Below, piece by piece: positions 44,281 to 55,190 of a stretch of DNA of 64,000 nucleotides; the stretch's first letter is position 1, and every line of letters begins with the position of its first letter. The position numbers and the translations under genes are program-made. Origin of the DNA: an uncultured Chloroflexia bacterium (lineage in GTDB: Bacteria > Chloroflexota > Chloroflexia > Thermomicrobiales > UBA6265); contig CAVRUC010000010.1 of NCBI GenBank assembly GCA_963724295.1, positions 90,304 to 154,303 of the forward strand, read 5' to 3'. The notes below the pieces were generated by a model. The model was not told the origin of the DNA. It ran no database searches and saw only the letters and a program-made list of their open reading frames with translations.

Positions 44281-45401
44281 CAGGCATGCTCCATCGCGAG
44301 CGTCTCCGCCAAGGCGTCGAGGGTAAGATTTCCCCCCGATACGACAATGCCAACCTTCTGACCCGCTAATTCCTCCCGCATGGCGTATGCCGCGGCGAGG
44401 GCGGCCGCGCCGGCTCCCTCGGCGAGCACCCGCGCCGTCTCGAGCAGGGTCAGGATGCCGCGGCGCATTTCCGCGTCCGAGACGAGTCGAAAATCATCCA
44501 AACGCTGCCAGAGGATCTGAGCCGGGAGGCTGAACGCGACCCGCGTGGCCAGCCCCTCCGCGAACGTATCCGCCCGCTCGATCTCTTGCAGCTGACCGCT
44601 ACGCCAGGTCTCATAGACGACCGGGGCGCCGGCTGCCTGCACGCCAATGACACGCAGCTGAGGCAAGAGAGTCTTGCCGGCAAGGCAGGCGCCGGACAGC
44701 CCGGAACCGCCGCCGGCGGGGACGATCAGCACATCCAGATCTGGCACAGCCTCCAGCATCTCTACGGTATACGTCGCGACACCCGCAATCAGACGCCAAT
44801 CATTTGCTGGCGGGACAAGGTGCGCGCCGCGCGCCGTCGCATCGCGCTCGGCCTCGGCTCGGCTCTCGTCGAAATCCCGGCCGGCGAAACGCACCTCAGC
44901 CCCGAGTCGACGCATCGAGGCGACTTTCAATGGGTTCGCCTCATCGGGCATCCAGACGGTCGCCGGCACACCGAACTCGCGCGCCGCGTATGCGATCGAC
45001 TGCCCGTGGTTGCCGGTCGACGCGGTAACGATTCCTCGTGCCCGCTCTTCCGCCGGCAGCTCGCTCAGAAGGAAGAGACCGCCGCGGACCTTGAACGCAC
45101 CCATGGGTTGCAGATTCTCGCACTTGAGAAACGCCTGAAACCCAAGCAACGCGTCGAGCGCCGGGGTCGCGAGCAGGGGCGTCGGTTGCAGGTAGCGAGC
45201 GATGACCTCGCGCGCCCGGGTGACGTCGTCCATCGTCGGCAGTCGCACACCCGACAGCGGATCGACCTCCGGTAGCGGGAGCGGCGACGCGACCGAGCTA
45301 TTCGATTTTCTCGTCGCCAGCGGCGTCACTCCGGCGTCCCCCACGGCGGTCTCTTGCCAGCCGCCATCCCGCGCCTTGACGCGGTAGTCCCTCACATCCA
45401 T
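44277..45401 (-). CDS. PLP-dependent threonine dehydratase/ammonia-lyase family enzyme
   Basis: PLP-lysine motif GAFKVRG, plus STGNHGQS and GGGSGLSG loops. Start may lie downstream of 45401. Confidence 0.85.
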   Translation of the reverse strand: MDVRDYRVKARDGGWQETAVGDAGVTPLATRKSNSSVASPLPLPEVDPLSGVRLPTMDDVTRAREVIARYLQPTPLLATPALDALLGFQAFLKCENLQPMGAFKVRGGLFLLSELPAEERARGIVTASTGNHGQSIAYAAREFGVPATVWMPDEANPLKVASMRRLGAEVRFAGRDFDESRAEAERDATARGAHLVPPANDWRLIAGVATYTVEMLEAVPDLDVLIVPAGGGSGLSGACLAGKTLLPQLRVIGVQAAGAPVVYETWRSGQLQEIERADTFAEGLATRVAFSLPAQILWQRLDDFRLVSDAEMRRGILTLLETARVLAEGAGAAALAAAYAMREELAGQKVGIVVSGGNLTLDALAETLAMEHAW

Positions 45402-45528
45402 GCTAGCACCGGGTTCAATGGCGGCTCTGTCACAGCGACGACGAGTGTACGTACACTATGAAGGCCGGAACGGCCCGGATCGTGACGGCATGGCAATATG
45501 CGCCGGCGCGTGAGGGGCGGAGTGATCG

Positions 45529-46404
45529 GTGAAGAGCGAGGCGGCCGTTTCCAGGGCGTTCGGCGACCGGTTGACTGAGATGGCGCGCGCCAACGACAGC
45601 CTGCTCTGCGTCGGACTCGATCCGGTCCGGTCGCGGTTGCCAGGTCCGCTGGACGCTGAACCGGACGTAACCCGCGCCATCGTCAGTTTCAACACCGGTG
45701 TCATCGCGGCCACATCCGATCTCGTCTGCGCCTACAAGCCGAACCTGGGCTTCTATCTCGCCTATGGCGCCGCCGGTGTCGCCGCGCTGGAAGAGACCCG
45801 GCGACTCATTCCCGCGCACATTCCCGTCATCCTCGACGCCAAAGTCGGCGACATTGGCACCACCGCCGAAGCCTATGCTACCGGATACTTCGACACCTGG
45901 GGTTTTGACGCCGTCACTGTCAACCCCTATCTGGGCGAGGACTCGCTGGCGCCCTTCCTTTCGCGCGGTGACCGGGGTGTGATCGTCGTCTGTAAGACGA
46001 GCAACCCCGGCTCGGCTGATTTGCAGAACCTCTGGCTTGACGCGAGCTCCAATCGGCAGCCGCTCTACCTCACGGTCGCCGACCGCGTCGCCGCCTGGGC
46101 AGAGCGCTGGCCGGGGACACTTGGTCTCGTGGTCGGCGCGACGTACCCGGCCGAGCTCGCCGAGGTGCGCCGCCGCTGCCCTGACGCACCGATCTTGCTC
46201 CCGGGCATCGGCGCCCAGGCCGGCGATCTGGAGGCGTCGCTGCATGCCGGGCTCGACAGTCGAGGTCTGGGTCTGATCGTCTCCTCTTCCCGGTCAGTCA
46301 TCTATGCCGGCAAGGACCACGGGGGTGGCTGGACGGCGGCCGTGCGGGCCGCTGCCCTGGAGCTTCGCGAGGCCATCAACAGCGTCCGGGCTGCTCGAGG
46401 CTGA
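45529..46404 (+). CDS. pyrF: orotidine 5'-phosphate decarboxylase (long, type 2)
   Basis: LCVGLDP and ILDAKVGDIGTT motifs. Confidence 0.9.
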   Translation: MKSEAAVSRAFGDRLTEMARANDSLLCVGLDPVRSRLPGPLDAEPDVTRAIVSFNTGVIAATSDLVCAYKPNLGFYLAYGAAGVAALEETRRLIPAHIPVILDAKVGDIGTTAEAYATGYFDTWGFDAVTVNPYLGEDSLAPFLSRGDRGVIVVCKTSNPGSADLQNLWLDASSNRQPLYLTVADRVAAWAERWPGTLGLVVGATYPAELAEVRRRCPDAPILLPGIGAQAGDLEASLHAGLDSRGLGLIVSSSRSVIYAGKDHGGGWTAAVRAAALELREAINSVRAARG

Positions 46405-46633
46405 TCGACTATGCCCTGGCGGCGCGCTACGCGCCTGGAGCAAGCAGCCCTTCCCGCATCACCAGATCTACGGCCAGGGTGCGGTACCCGACAGAATCGA
46501 AGTTGCAGCGTGATGTCGCCGGAACTGACAAGCACAGCCAACTTTGCGCATGACCCCGGGGTTGGGCGAGCGCCACCGCTTTGCGGTGAACGAGGCTTGC
46601 GCGCAGAATGGGGCCGCGCGGGTGTGATGTCGG

Positions 46634-47680
46634 GTGGGGCAGGGGCTAGCGGCTGCTGGCGCCATCTCGTGGGGAGCGGGGCAGATGGCCGTATCGGGAC
46701 GCGATCACTCAGCCGAAAGAGCCACCGTCGCAGGCAGACGAGAGCGACCGCGGCGCGACCTCAACCCCGTTTTTCGCGCCGGGATTCTCGCTGTCACCAG
46801 CAATCCGCTCGTGTCGCGCGGGGTGCGGCGCTACGGCATGCGTCTGGGCGCATCACGCTTCGTCGCCGGCGAGACATTCGCCGAGGCGATTCTTGTCCTG
46901 CGATCGCTGAATCAGAGCGGTCTGCGCACCAACACCACCCTGCTCGGCGAAGGAGTCAAGGACCCAGCCACCACCCAGGCCGTCGTCGACGAGTACAAAG
47001 CGGATCTCGACCGCATCGCGGCGGAGGGGCTGCAGACCAATATCGCACTCAAGTTGACGCATCTTGGTCTCGATCTCGATCCCGAGCTCGCCTATCGCAA
47101 CGTTGCCGACGTCGTCGCGCACGCCGCGACGCACGGCAACTTCATCCGCATCGACATGGAGGAATCGGCCCGCGTCGACGACACCCTGCGCATCTATCGC
47201 CGCCTCCGCGGCGACGGACATGACAACGTCGGGACCGTTTTGCAGTCGTACCTCTATCGCACCCCGGCCGATCTGGAGAGTCTCTTGCCGCTGTCGCCCA
47301 ATCTCCGCCTGGTAAAAGGCGCCTATCTGGAGCCGGCGAGCATCGCCTACCCGCGTAAGGCAGACGTCGACCGCGCCTACATCGAACTGGCGGAGCGCAT
47401 GCTGATTGACAGCGCCTTCACCGCGATCGCGACGCATGACGAACGGATCATCGATCACGTTATCGCGTTCACTCAGCGCCATGGCATTGGCACCGACCGC
47501 TTCGAGTTTCAGATGCTCTACGGCGTGCGGCCGCAGTTTCAGCTCGACCTCGCGCGGGCCGGTCACCGTGTCCTCATCGCCACGCCCTACGGTCCGCACT
47601 GGTACCACTATCTCATGCGCCGCCTCGCGGAACGTCCCGCGAACCTGGTCTGGTTCGCGACGAACATGGTGAGGCGGTAG
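46634..47680 (+). CDS. proline dehydrogenase
   Basis: FVAGET, LKLTHLG, IRIDMEES, LVKGAY, ATHDE and FQMLYG motifs. Start is uncertain. Confidence 0.85.
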   Translation: MGQGLAAAGAISWGAGQMAVSGRDHSAERATVAGRRERPRRDLNPVFRAGILAVTSNPLVSRGVRRYGMRLGASRFVAGETFAEAILVLRSLNQSGLRTNTTLLGEGVKDPATTQAVVDEYKADLDRIAAEGLQTNIALKLTHLGLDLDPELAYRNVADVVAHAATHGNFIRIDMEESARVDDTLRIYRRLRGDGHDNVGTVLQSYLYRTPADLESLLPLSPNLRLVKGAYLEPASIAYPRKADVDRAYIELAERMLIDSAFTAIATHDERIIDHVIAFTQRHGIGTDRFEFQMLYGVRPQFQLDLARAGHRVLIATPYGPHWYHYLMRRLAERPANLVWFATNMVRR

Positions 47681-47687
47681 CGCGCGA

Positions 47688-47719
47688 AGTCGGTAAGTCG
47701 GTCAGTCGGTAAGTCGGCA
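47688..47719. repeat. (AGTCGGNN) x4 octamer array starting 8 nt after the proline dehydrogenase stop
   Basis: Read directly from the sequence. Confidence 0.95.
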
Positions 47720-47780
47720 AGGAAGAGCGCAGATGAGGGGTCGAGAAGAACTCGCGTCCAATCCCCCTCTTCCCCCGGGA

Positions 47781-47834
47781 GCGTAGCGACCCCCCTCAGC
47801 GCAGCGCCCCCCTGAGCGGAGCGGCACCCCCTCC
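47781..47834. repeat. three tandem 17-19-nt units (GCGNAGCGNCCCCCCTNA-like)
   Basis: Read directly from the sequence: GCGTAGCGACCCCCCTCA / GCGCAGCGCCCCCCTGA / GCGGAGCGGCACCCCCTCC. Confidence 0.8.
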
Positions 47835-47860
47835 GTCCGTACGCGCGTGCTACTATCGCC

Positions 47861-50358
<2,498 letters not shown>

Positions 50359-50376
50359 TTGCTCCCTGCGGTCGCG

Positions 50377-50506
50377 GTGGTTGTTCGCTGCGCTCACGGT
50401 GACAGGGTGGTTACTCGCTCCGCTCGTGGTGGCAGGGTGGCAAGGTATTGGGTCACGGTTCTCCCTGCCACCCTGCCACCCTGCCACCCTGCCACCCTGC
50501 CACCCT
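50377..50506. repeat. mosaic repeat locus: 30-nt tandem units x2.3, inverted copy of the 32-nt module, then (CCCTGCCA) x5
   Basis: Read directly from the sequence. GGTGGCAGGGTGGCA (50429-50443) is complementary to TGCCACCCTGCCACC (50466-50480), giving a long hairpin after guaB. Confidence 0.9.
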
Positions 50507-50541
50507 CGTCTCACCCAGGACCGTTGACTCTGAGTCTCATA

Positions 50542-50570
50542 TAGTCAAGCGCGCGATCACTCGATACAAT
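50542..50570 (+). promoter_or_regulatory. candidate sigma-70-type promoter TAGTCA-17 nt-TACAAT
   Basis: Read directly from the sequence. It lies about 50 nt upstream of the ATG at 50622 in an AT-richer patch. Confidence 0.35.
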
Positions 50571-50621
50571 GAATATGAGGCCGGAGCGGAGGGTCCGGCT
50601 GTGTGAAGGGGACAGGGATCG

Positions 50622-51350
50622 ATGCGGCTTCGAAGTCTACTCGTGTCTGCGTTGAGCGTGCTCATCGTACTCACCGGTGCTGGACTACCCATCGACGCCG
50701 TTTCCGCTCGCTCAGTCGATGCGGACTCCGCCTTCGTCGAGGTCCCGATCTACGTCCAGCAACGCAATCTCAGTTGCGAGTACGCCTCGCTGGTCATCGC
50801 CCTGGGCGCGTACGACACCTGGGTCTCGGAATGGACCTTCGACGAACTGGTGCCCGCGTCCGATAACCCACACTGGGGATATCGTGGCGACATCAACGGC
50901 GCCTGGGGCAACACTGTCGACTACGGTGTCTATCCCGAGCCGCTGGTTGGACCACTCGCGGAGCTCGGTTTCCGGGGCGAGGTGTTCTACGCCCAGGGTG
51001 ACGCGAGCTCCCTGCAGCGTTATCTCGCCAACGGGGTGCCGGTCATCCTCTGGCTCGGCATGTGGGGCGACCAGAGTTACTACGAATATGCCGACGACGG
51101 CACGCCCTACAAGATCAATCCGGGCTACCACGTCGTCGTCGCATACGGCTATGACGAGTCCGGAGTCTATGCGGTCGATCCGGCCACAGGGAACACCGTC
51201 TCCTGGTCGTGGGGCGACTTCATGTGGATGTGGGACGCCATGGACGGCATGTCGCTTGCGGTCTGGCCGCTGGCACGGGTGGAGACCACAGCAACCGATC
51301 CTCCAGCCGAAGTGACTGCAAGCGACTCCACCACCGGCGTCTGCTGCTGA
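50622..51350 (+). CDS. secreted peptidase C39-like (Peptidase_C39_2-type) protein
   Basis: A signal peptide is present. Candidate nucleophile is in QQRNLSCEYASL and candidate His in GYHVVVAYGYD. Confidence 0.65.
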   Translation: MRLRSLLVSALSVLIVLTGAGLPIDAVSARSVDADSAFVEVPIYVQQRNLSCEYASLVIALGAYDTWVSEWTFDELVPASDNPHWGYRGDINGAWGNTVDYGVYPEPLVGPLAELGFRGEVFYAQGDASSLQRYLANGVPVILWLGMWGDQSYYEYADDGTPYKINPGYHVVVAYGYDESGVYAVDPATGNTVSWSWGDFMWMWDAMDGMSLAVWPLARVETTATDPPAEVTASDSTTGVCC

Positions 51351-51383
51351 GCTTTTCTTCCAAACGATCTTCGGCCATCCCCG

Positions 51384-52280
51384 CTATGCGCGTACGGGGC
51401 TGGACCGACCGATCACTTCGTCAAGCAACAGATTGAGGCTGGCCCGGTCGACAACTCCGGAGATGTAGTGATCGATCCCCATGCCAGCGAGCTGCTCCAG
51501 GAACGCGGGCAGCGCTTCCGGTAGCATCGCCATCGGGTGAGACTCTCGCAGGGCTGCCGGACCGAGCACCGTCTTCTCGATGGCTTCGTACGAACGTCCT
51601 TCCGCGTCGCAGTGCGCGCGCAGGACATCGAGCTTGTGCTGAAGCAGCGCGATCCCCTCGTCACCCGGCCTGGCGAAGAGGTTGCACGCGTCGGCATAGC
51701 GGGCCACGAGGCGGAGCGTCTTCTGCTCACCAGAACCGCCGACCATGATGCGCGGATGCGGCCTGGAAATCGGCATCGGCTGACAGAGCGTCTCCGCAAG
51801 CCGGTAGTGCTTGCCAGCAAATGCGCCGGCTTCACCGGACCACATCTGGCTAGCGATCTGTAACGTCTCCTCCAGGCGCTCGAAGCGCTCGCCGACGGGC
51901 GGGAACGCCACACCGAGGGCAAGATGTTCGCGTTCGTACCAGCCAGCGCCAATCCCGAGCCAGGCCCGGCCACCGGAGAGCACGTCGAGCGTTGTTACCG
52001 TCTTGACCAGGACTCCGGGATGGCGATACGTCACGCCCGTGACCAGTGTGCCGAGCGAGATGCGCTCGCTGATACCGGCGGCGAAGGCCAGTGCCGAGTA
52101 CCCCTCGAGCATCGGCTCATCGGCTTCCCCGATCGACGGAATCTGGAAGAAGTGATCCATCACCCACAACGAATCCAGCCCGCCCTGGTCGGCGTCGCGG
52201 ACCATTCCCGCAAACTCGGACGCGATGGCGGCGTCCCCTCCTGGTGTGACAAAACGCGGAATGGTTATGCCAAACTTCAT
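51384..52280 (-). CDS. LLM-class (luciferase-like) flavin/F420-dependent oxidoreductase
   Basis: MKFGITIP start, DSLWVMDHF, and overall luciferase-like monooxygenase pattern. Confidence 0.85.
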   Translation of the reverse strand: MKFGITIPRFVTPGGDAAIASEFAGMVRDADQGGLDSLWVMDHFFQIPSIGEADEPMLEGYSALAFAAGISERISLGTLVTGVTYRHPGVLVKTVTTLDVLSGGRAWLGIGAGWYEREHLALGVAFPPVGERFERLEETLQIASQMWSGEAGAFAGKHYRLAETLCQPMPISRPHPRIMVGGSGEQKTLRLVARYADACNLFARPGDEGIALLQHKLDVLRAHCDAEGRSYEAIEKTVLGPAALRESHPMAMLPEALPAFLEQLAGMGIDHYISGVVDRASLNLLLDEVIGRSSPVRA

Positions 52281-52315
52281 CGAGACTCGTTCCTCTCCGT
52301 AGCACACCCCGGACC

Positions 52316-52378
52316 GTCAACAATTGTTGACTTGTCGTACGATAGACGCGGCGTGCGGATTTGTCAACGATTGTTGAC
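52316..52378. promoter_or_regulatory. two 16-bp palindromic operator candidates GTCAACAATTGTTGAC (52316-52331) and GTCAACGATTGTTGAC (52363-52378)
   Basis: Read directly from the sequence. Both sit in the divergent region between the LLM oxidoreductase and the TetR gene. Confidence 0.6.
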
Positions 52379-52407
52379 TAACGGTGTTTCAAGGTCGGAG
52401 ATTCGGG

Positions 52408-53007
52408 GTGAATGGGCACGACTGCAGCCAGGCAACCGAAGGAGCCTGTCCTCCGCCACGCGGGCGTAACGCAGCCGCCACCCGGCAGGCGATTCTCGAT
52501 TCGGCGCGCTGGTGCTTCTCCCATGACGGCTACGACCAGGTCGGCGTACGCGACATCGCGGCGCGAGCAGGCGCAGATCCCGCGCTCGTCAATCGGTACT
52601 TCGGGTCCAAAGAAGCGCTCTTCGCCGAAGCGGTCAGCGCCAAGTTCGATCTGAGCGAGCTTTTCGCCGGAGATCGCGCGACACTCGGCGGGCGTCTGGC
52701 GAGCTACGTCTTGCAGAAGAAGACGTCGTCCAATGGCTATGATCCGCTCATCGCGCTGCTGCGCTCGTCGTCAAGCGAGGTGGCCGGCGGCATGCTGCGC
52801 GATGCGCTCGTTGACAGGTTCGTGCGGCCGCTGGCAGCCCGCCTGGATGGCCCTGACGCGATGCCGCGAGCCGAGCTTGTGGGGTCGATCCTGCTCGGAT
52901 TACTGGTCTACCGCACGATTGTCGGTGGCACCATGACGCAGAGTAACGAGCGGTTGATGGCATCGGTCACCCGGACACTGCAGACGCTGATCGATGGCGC
53001 TGCATAG
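52408..53007 (+). CDS. TetR/AcrR family transcriptional regulator
   Basis: HTH region TRQAILDSARWCFSHDGYDQVGVRDIAARAGADPALVNRYFGSKEALF. GTG start at 52408 follows a GGAG; the alternative start is 52384. Confidence 0.85.
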   Translation: MNGHDCSQATEGACPPPRGRNAAATRQAILDSARWCFSHDGYDQVGVRDIAARAGADPALVNRYFGSKEALFAEAVSAKFDLSELFAGDRATLGGRLASYVLQKKTSSNGYDPLIALLRSSSSEVAGGMLRDALVDRFVRPLAARLDGPDAMPRAELVGSILLGLLVYRTIVGGTMTQSNERLMASVTRTLQTLIDGAA

Positions 53008-53034
53008 CACTCGACCACTGGCAGGGGAGGACGC

Positions 53035-53814
53035 ATGGAACCGTTGGCGGGCCGGGCGGCCCTGGTAACCGGCGCCGGCATTGGCATTGGTGAAGGAATC
53101 GCCCGCGAGCTGGCGCGACAGGGGGCTCGCGTGGCGCTTCATTACGCTGGCAGCAGCGTTGGCGCCCACGCGGCCATGGCGGAGATCACCGCGGCCGGCG
53201 GTGAGGCGATCGCGGTGCAGGGCGATCTGCGGTACGTCGACGACTGCGAACGCGTGGTCGCGGAGGCAACTGACGCATTCGGGGGATTGGACATCCTCGT
53301 CAACAACGCGGGTGTCACCCGGGCTGGCACGATCGAGGAGACGACCGAAGCCCTCTACGACGAGATGTTCGACCTGAACATGAAGGGCTACTTCTTTTGC
53401 GCTCGCGCCGCGCTTCCCACGTTGGAACGCTCCGGACACGGCTCCATCATCAACATCACCTCGATCCATGGCGGCGCGGGATTCCCGAACCATGCCGCCT
53501 ACGCGGGGACCAAAGGCGCCGTCATCGGATTCACGCGATCACTTGCCATCGAGCTGGCGCCCAGGCACGTGCGGGTGAACGCTATCGGTCCCGGTGTCAT
53601 CGAAGTGCCTCGCTACTTCGACATGCCGGGCTACACGACCGAGTTCGGCAACACGCTGATCCCGTGGGGGCGCGTCGGGCACCCGAGCGACATTGCCCCA
53701 GCCGTCGCGTTTCTGGCAGGCGATGGCGCCGACTTCATTACCGGGCAAACGCTCTACGTGGATGGCGGCACGAACGCGCGCATGGGTCTTTTCTGGGAGA
53801 GCCCGGCCCAGTAG
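53035..53814 (+). CDS. SDR family oxidoreductase
   Basis: TGAGIGIG cofactor motif, NNAG, and YAGTK catalytic pattern. Confidence 0.9.
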   Translation: MEPLAGRAALVTGAGIGIGEGIARELARQGARVALHYAGSSVGAHAAMAEITAAGGEAIAVQGDLRYVDDCERVVAEATDAFGGLDILVNNAGVTRAGTIEETTEALYDEMFDLNMKGYFFCARAALPTLERSGHGSIINITSIHGGAGFPNHAAYAGTKGAVIGFTRSLAIELAPRHVRVNAIGPGVIEVPRYFDMPGYTTEFGNTLIPWGRVGHPSDIAPAVAFLAGDGADFITGQTLYVDGGTNARMGLFWESPAQ

Positions 53815-53851
53815 CCGTACGGACCCTGTGCGGGGTGTCCTGGACCCCACG

Positions 53852-54430
53852 ATGATCCCCGGCGAGACGATCAATCTGCGCGCGGTCGAACGTCACGATG
53901 TGCCTCTGCTCCACGGTTGGTTCAATGATCCAGCCCTGATGGACGGCTGGGGCTGGAGTGCTCCAGCTCGCTCGATCCAGCATGTGGCGGAGCAGGTCGA
54001 GGACTGGCTGGCGCGGGAGGCGGCGTTCGATCGGCCGGAGGCGCTCATCGCCGAATCGCTCGCGGGCGACCCCATCGGTCTGGTCGTCGCACGCGTCGAC
54101 CGGCCAGAAGCCCGCTCCGTCGAGCTCTCGCTTCTGGTCGACGCCGGCTACTGGAGTCAAGGATTCGGAATGGACATGATGCAGACCATTCTCGACGCTT
54201 GCTTCGCCGGGTGGGGAGTCCACCGGATCGGCGTTCGTGTCGAAGAAGGCAATGAGCGCGCCCTGGCTCTCTACCGCCGCCTTGGCTTCAAGAAGGAGGG
54301 CCGCTTACGCCAGGCCGCGTTTCGGGATGGCCGGCACCAGGACGTGCTCCTGCTGGGGCAACTTGCCGCGGAATGGGCCGCCCGTGAGGATCGAGCACGT
54401 TCACCACGGTTCACTGAGCGGGATCGATAA
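53852..54430 (+). CDS. GNAT family N-acetyltransferase (RimJ/RimL-like)
   Basis: WSQGFGMDMMQTIL..NERALALYRRLGFKKEG acetyl-CoA binding region. Start is placed at MIPGETINLR. Confidence 0.8.
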   Translation: MIPGETINLRAVERHDVPLLHGWFNDPALMDGWGWSAPARSIQHVAEQVEDWLAREAAFDRPEALIAESLAGDPIGLVVARVDRPEARSVELSLLVDAGYWSQGFGMDMMQTILDACFAGWGVHRIGVRVEEGNERALALYRRLGFKKEGRLRQAAFRDGRHQDVLLLGQLAAEWAAREDRARSPRFTERDR

Positions 54431-54731
54431 GACCCTTGCCGGCAACGGGCTCGAGCGTGAACCGTTCTCCGAACCCGGCGATCAGCGGCCTGGCGCGGGC
54501 GATGACGGCTTTCACGTCATCACCGGCCAGCGAGGCGGCGTGATCCGCTTCGCTGCGCCAGACCTCGGTGACCCAGATCCCATCCGGGTCGTCCGGCATC
54601 GTGTTTACGATCCAGACCTCGCAACCAGGCAGGTCCGCGACGAGATCAGCGGCCTCCAGGAGAATCTCGAGTAGCGCCTCCCGCTGCCCCGGCTGCGCCT
54701 TCATGATTCCGCAAAGCCCGTATCGACTCAC
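54411..54731 (-). CDS. antibiotic-biosynthesis-monooxygenase (ABM) domain protein
   Basis: Size and pattern (..EVWIVN....WVTEVWRSEADHAASL..) are typical of ABM/quinol monooxygenase-like proteins. Confidence 0.7.
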   Translation of the reverse strand: MSRYGLCGIMKAQPGQREALLEILLEAADLVADLPGCEVWIVNTMPDDPDGIWVTEVWRSEADHAASLAGDDVKAVIARARPLIAGFGERFTLEPVAGKGLIDPAQ

Positions 54732-54770
54732 TGCTCCCCTCCTGATGCCGCTCGCTGCCCGGCCCGGTAT

Positions 54771-55091
54771 TCACGCCGCCGGTCGCATGACTCGTGGATT
54801 GAGCTGGATGCTGAGCCCGAGTATCAGGCCAAAGACGATCCAGCAGAGCACGACCAGCAGCGCCACGCCGGCGATCTGGATCAGCGCGGTCTTCAGGGCT
54901 TGAGCGGTATCGTAAGTCTCCGGAATCGTCCGCCGGTCGATATAGACTGCGCTCATGCCGGCCCCGACGAACGGGATGAGCGCCAGCAGCGCCCCGAATA
55001 CCAGCGTCTTCCACGCCGGTCGGGGGCGCTCGGGCGGGAGATAGGGACCCGTGGTGAAACCGAACTCCGTCGGTGTGCGCAATCGATCCAT
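54771..55091 (-). CDS. small membrane protein (2 TM), function unknown
   Basis: Two clear hydrophobic segments. No motif recognised. Confidence 0.45.
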   Translation of the reverse strand: MDRLRTPTEFGFTTGPYLPPERPRPAWKTLVFGALLALIPFVGAGMSAVYIDRRTIPETYDTAQALKTALIQIAGVALLVVLCWIVFGLILGLSIQLNPRVMRPAA

Positions 55092-55190
55092 GTCGCCTCC
55101 GGTGGCATGCGCGGAGCCGCGCGGGGCGCCGCGTCCGCGATGCTACCCGACACACGCCCAGCAAGGACGATCACGACGGAAACCAGTCGT

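Noticed and set aside
45430-46245. 271-aa minus-strand ORF antisense to pyrF, and similar long antisense ORFs (6251-7468, 9125-10432, 16079-17281, 24369-26090, 30032-31222, 42244-43560, 49615-50514, 57086-58540)
   Set aside because: These are shadow ORFs typical of high-GC DNA. Their translations are Arg/Pro/Gly/Ala-rich low-complexity sequence, and each lies opposite a gene with clear family motifs.
50360-50510. Possible CRISPR array suggested by regularly spaced repeats (also at 41990-42037 and 59773-59807)
   Set aside because: The units are 7-8 nt (or 30 nt x2) and directly abut one another, with no unique spacers of 25-40 nt. No cas genes are in the window.
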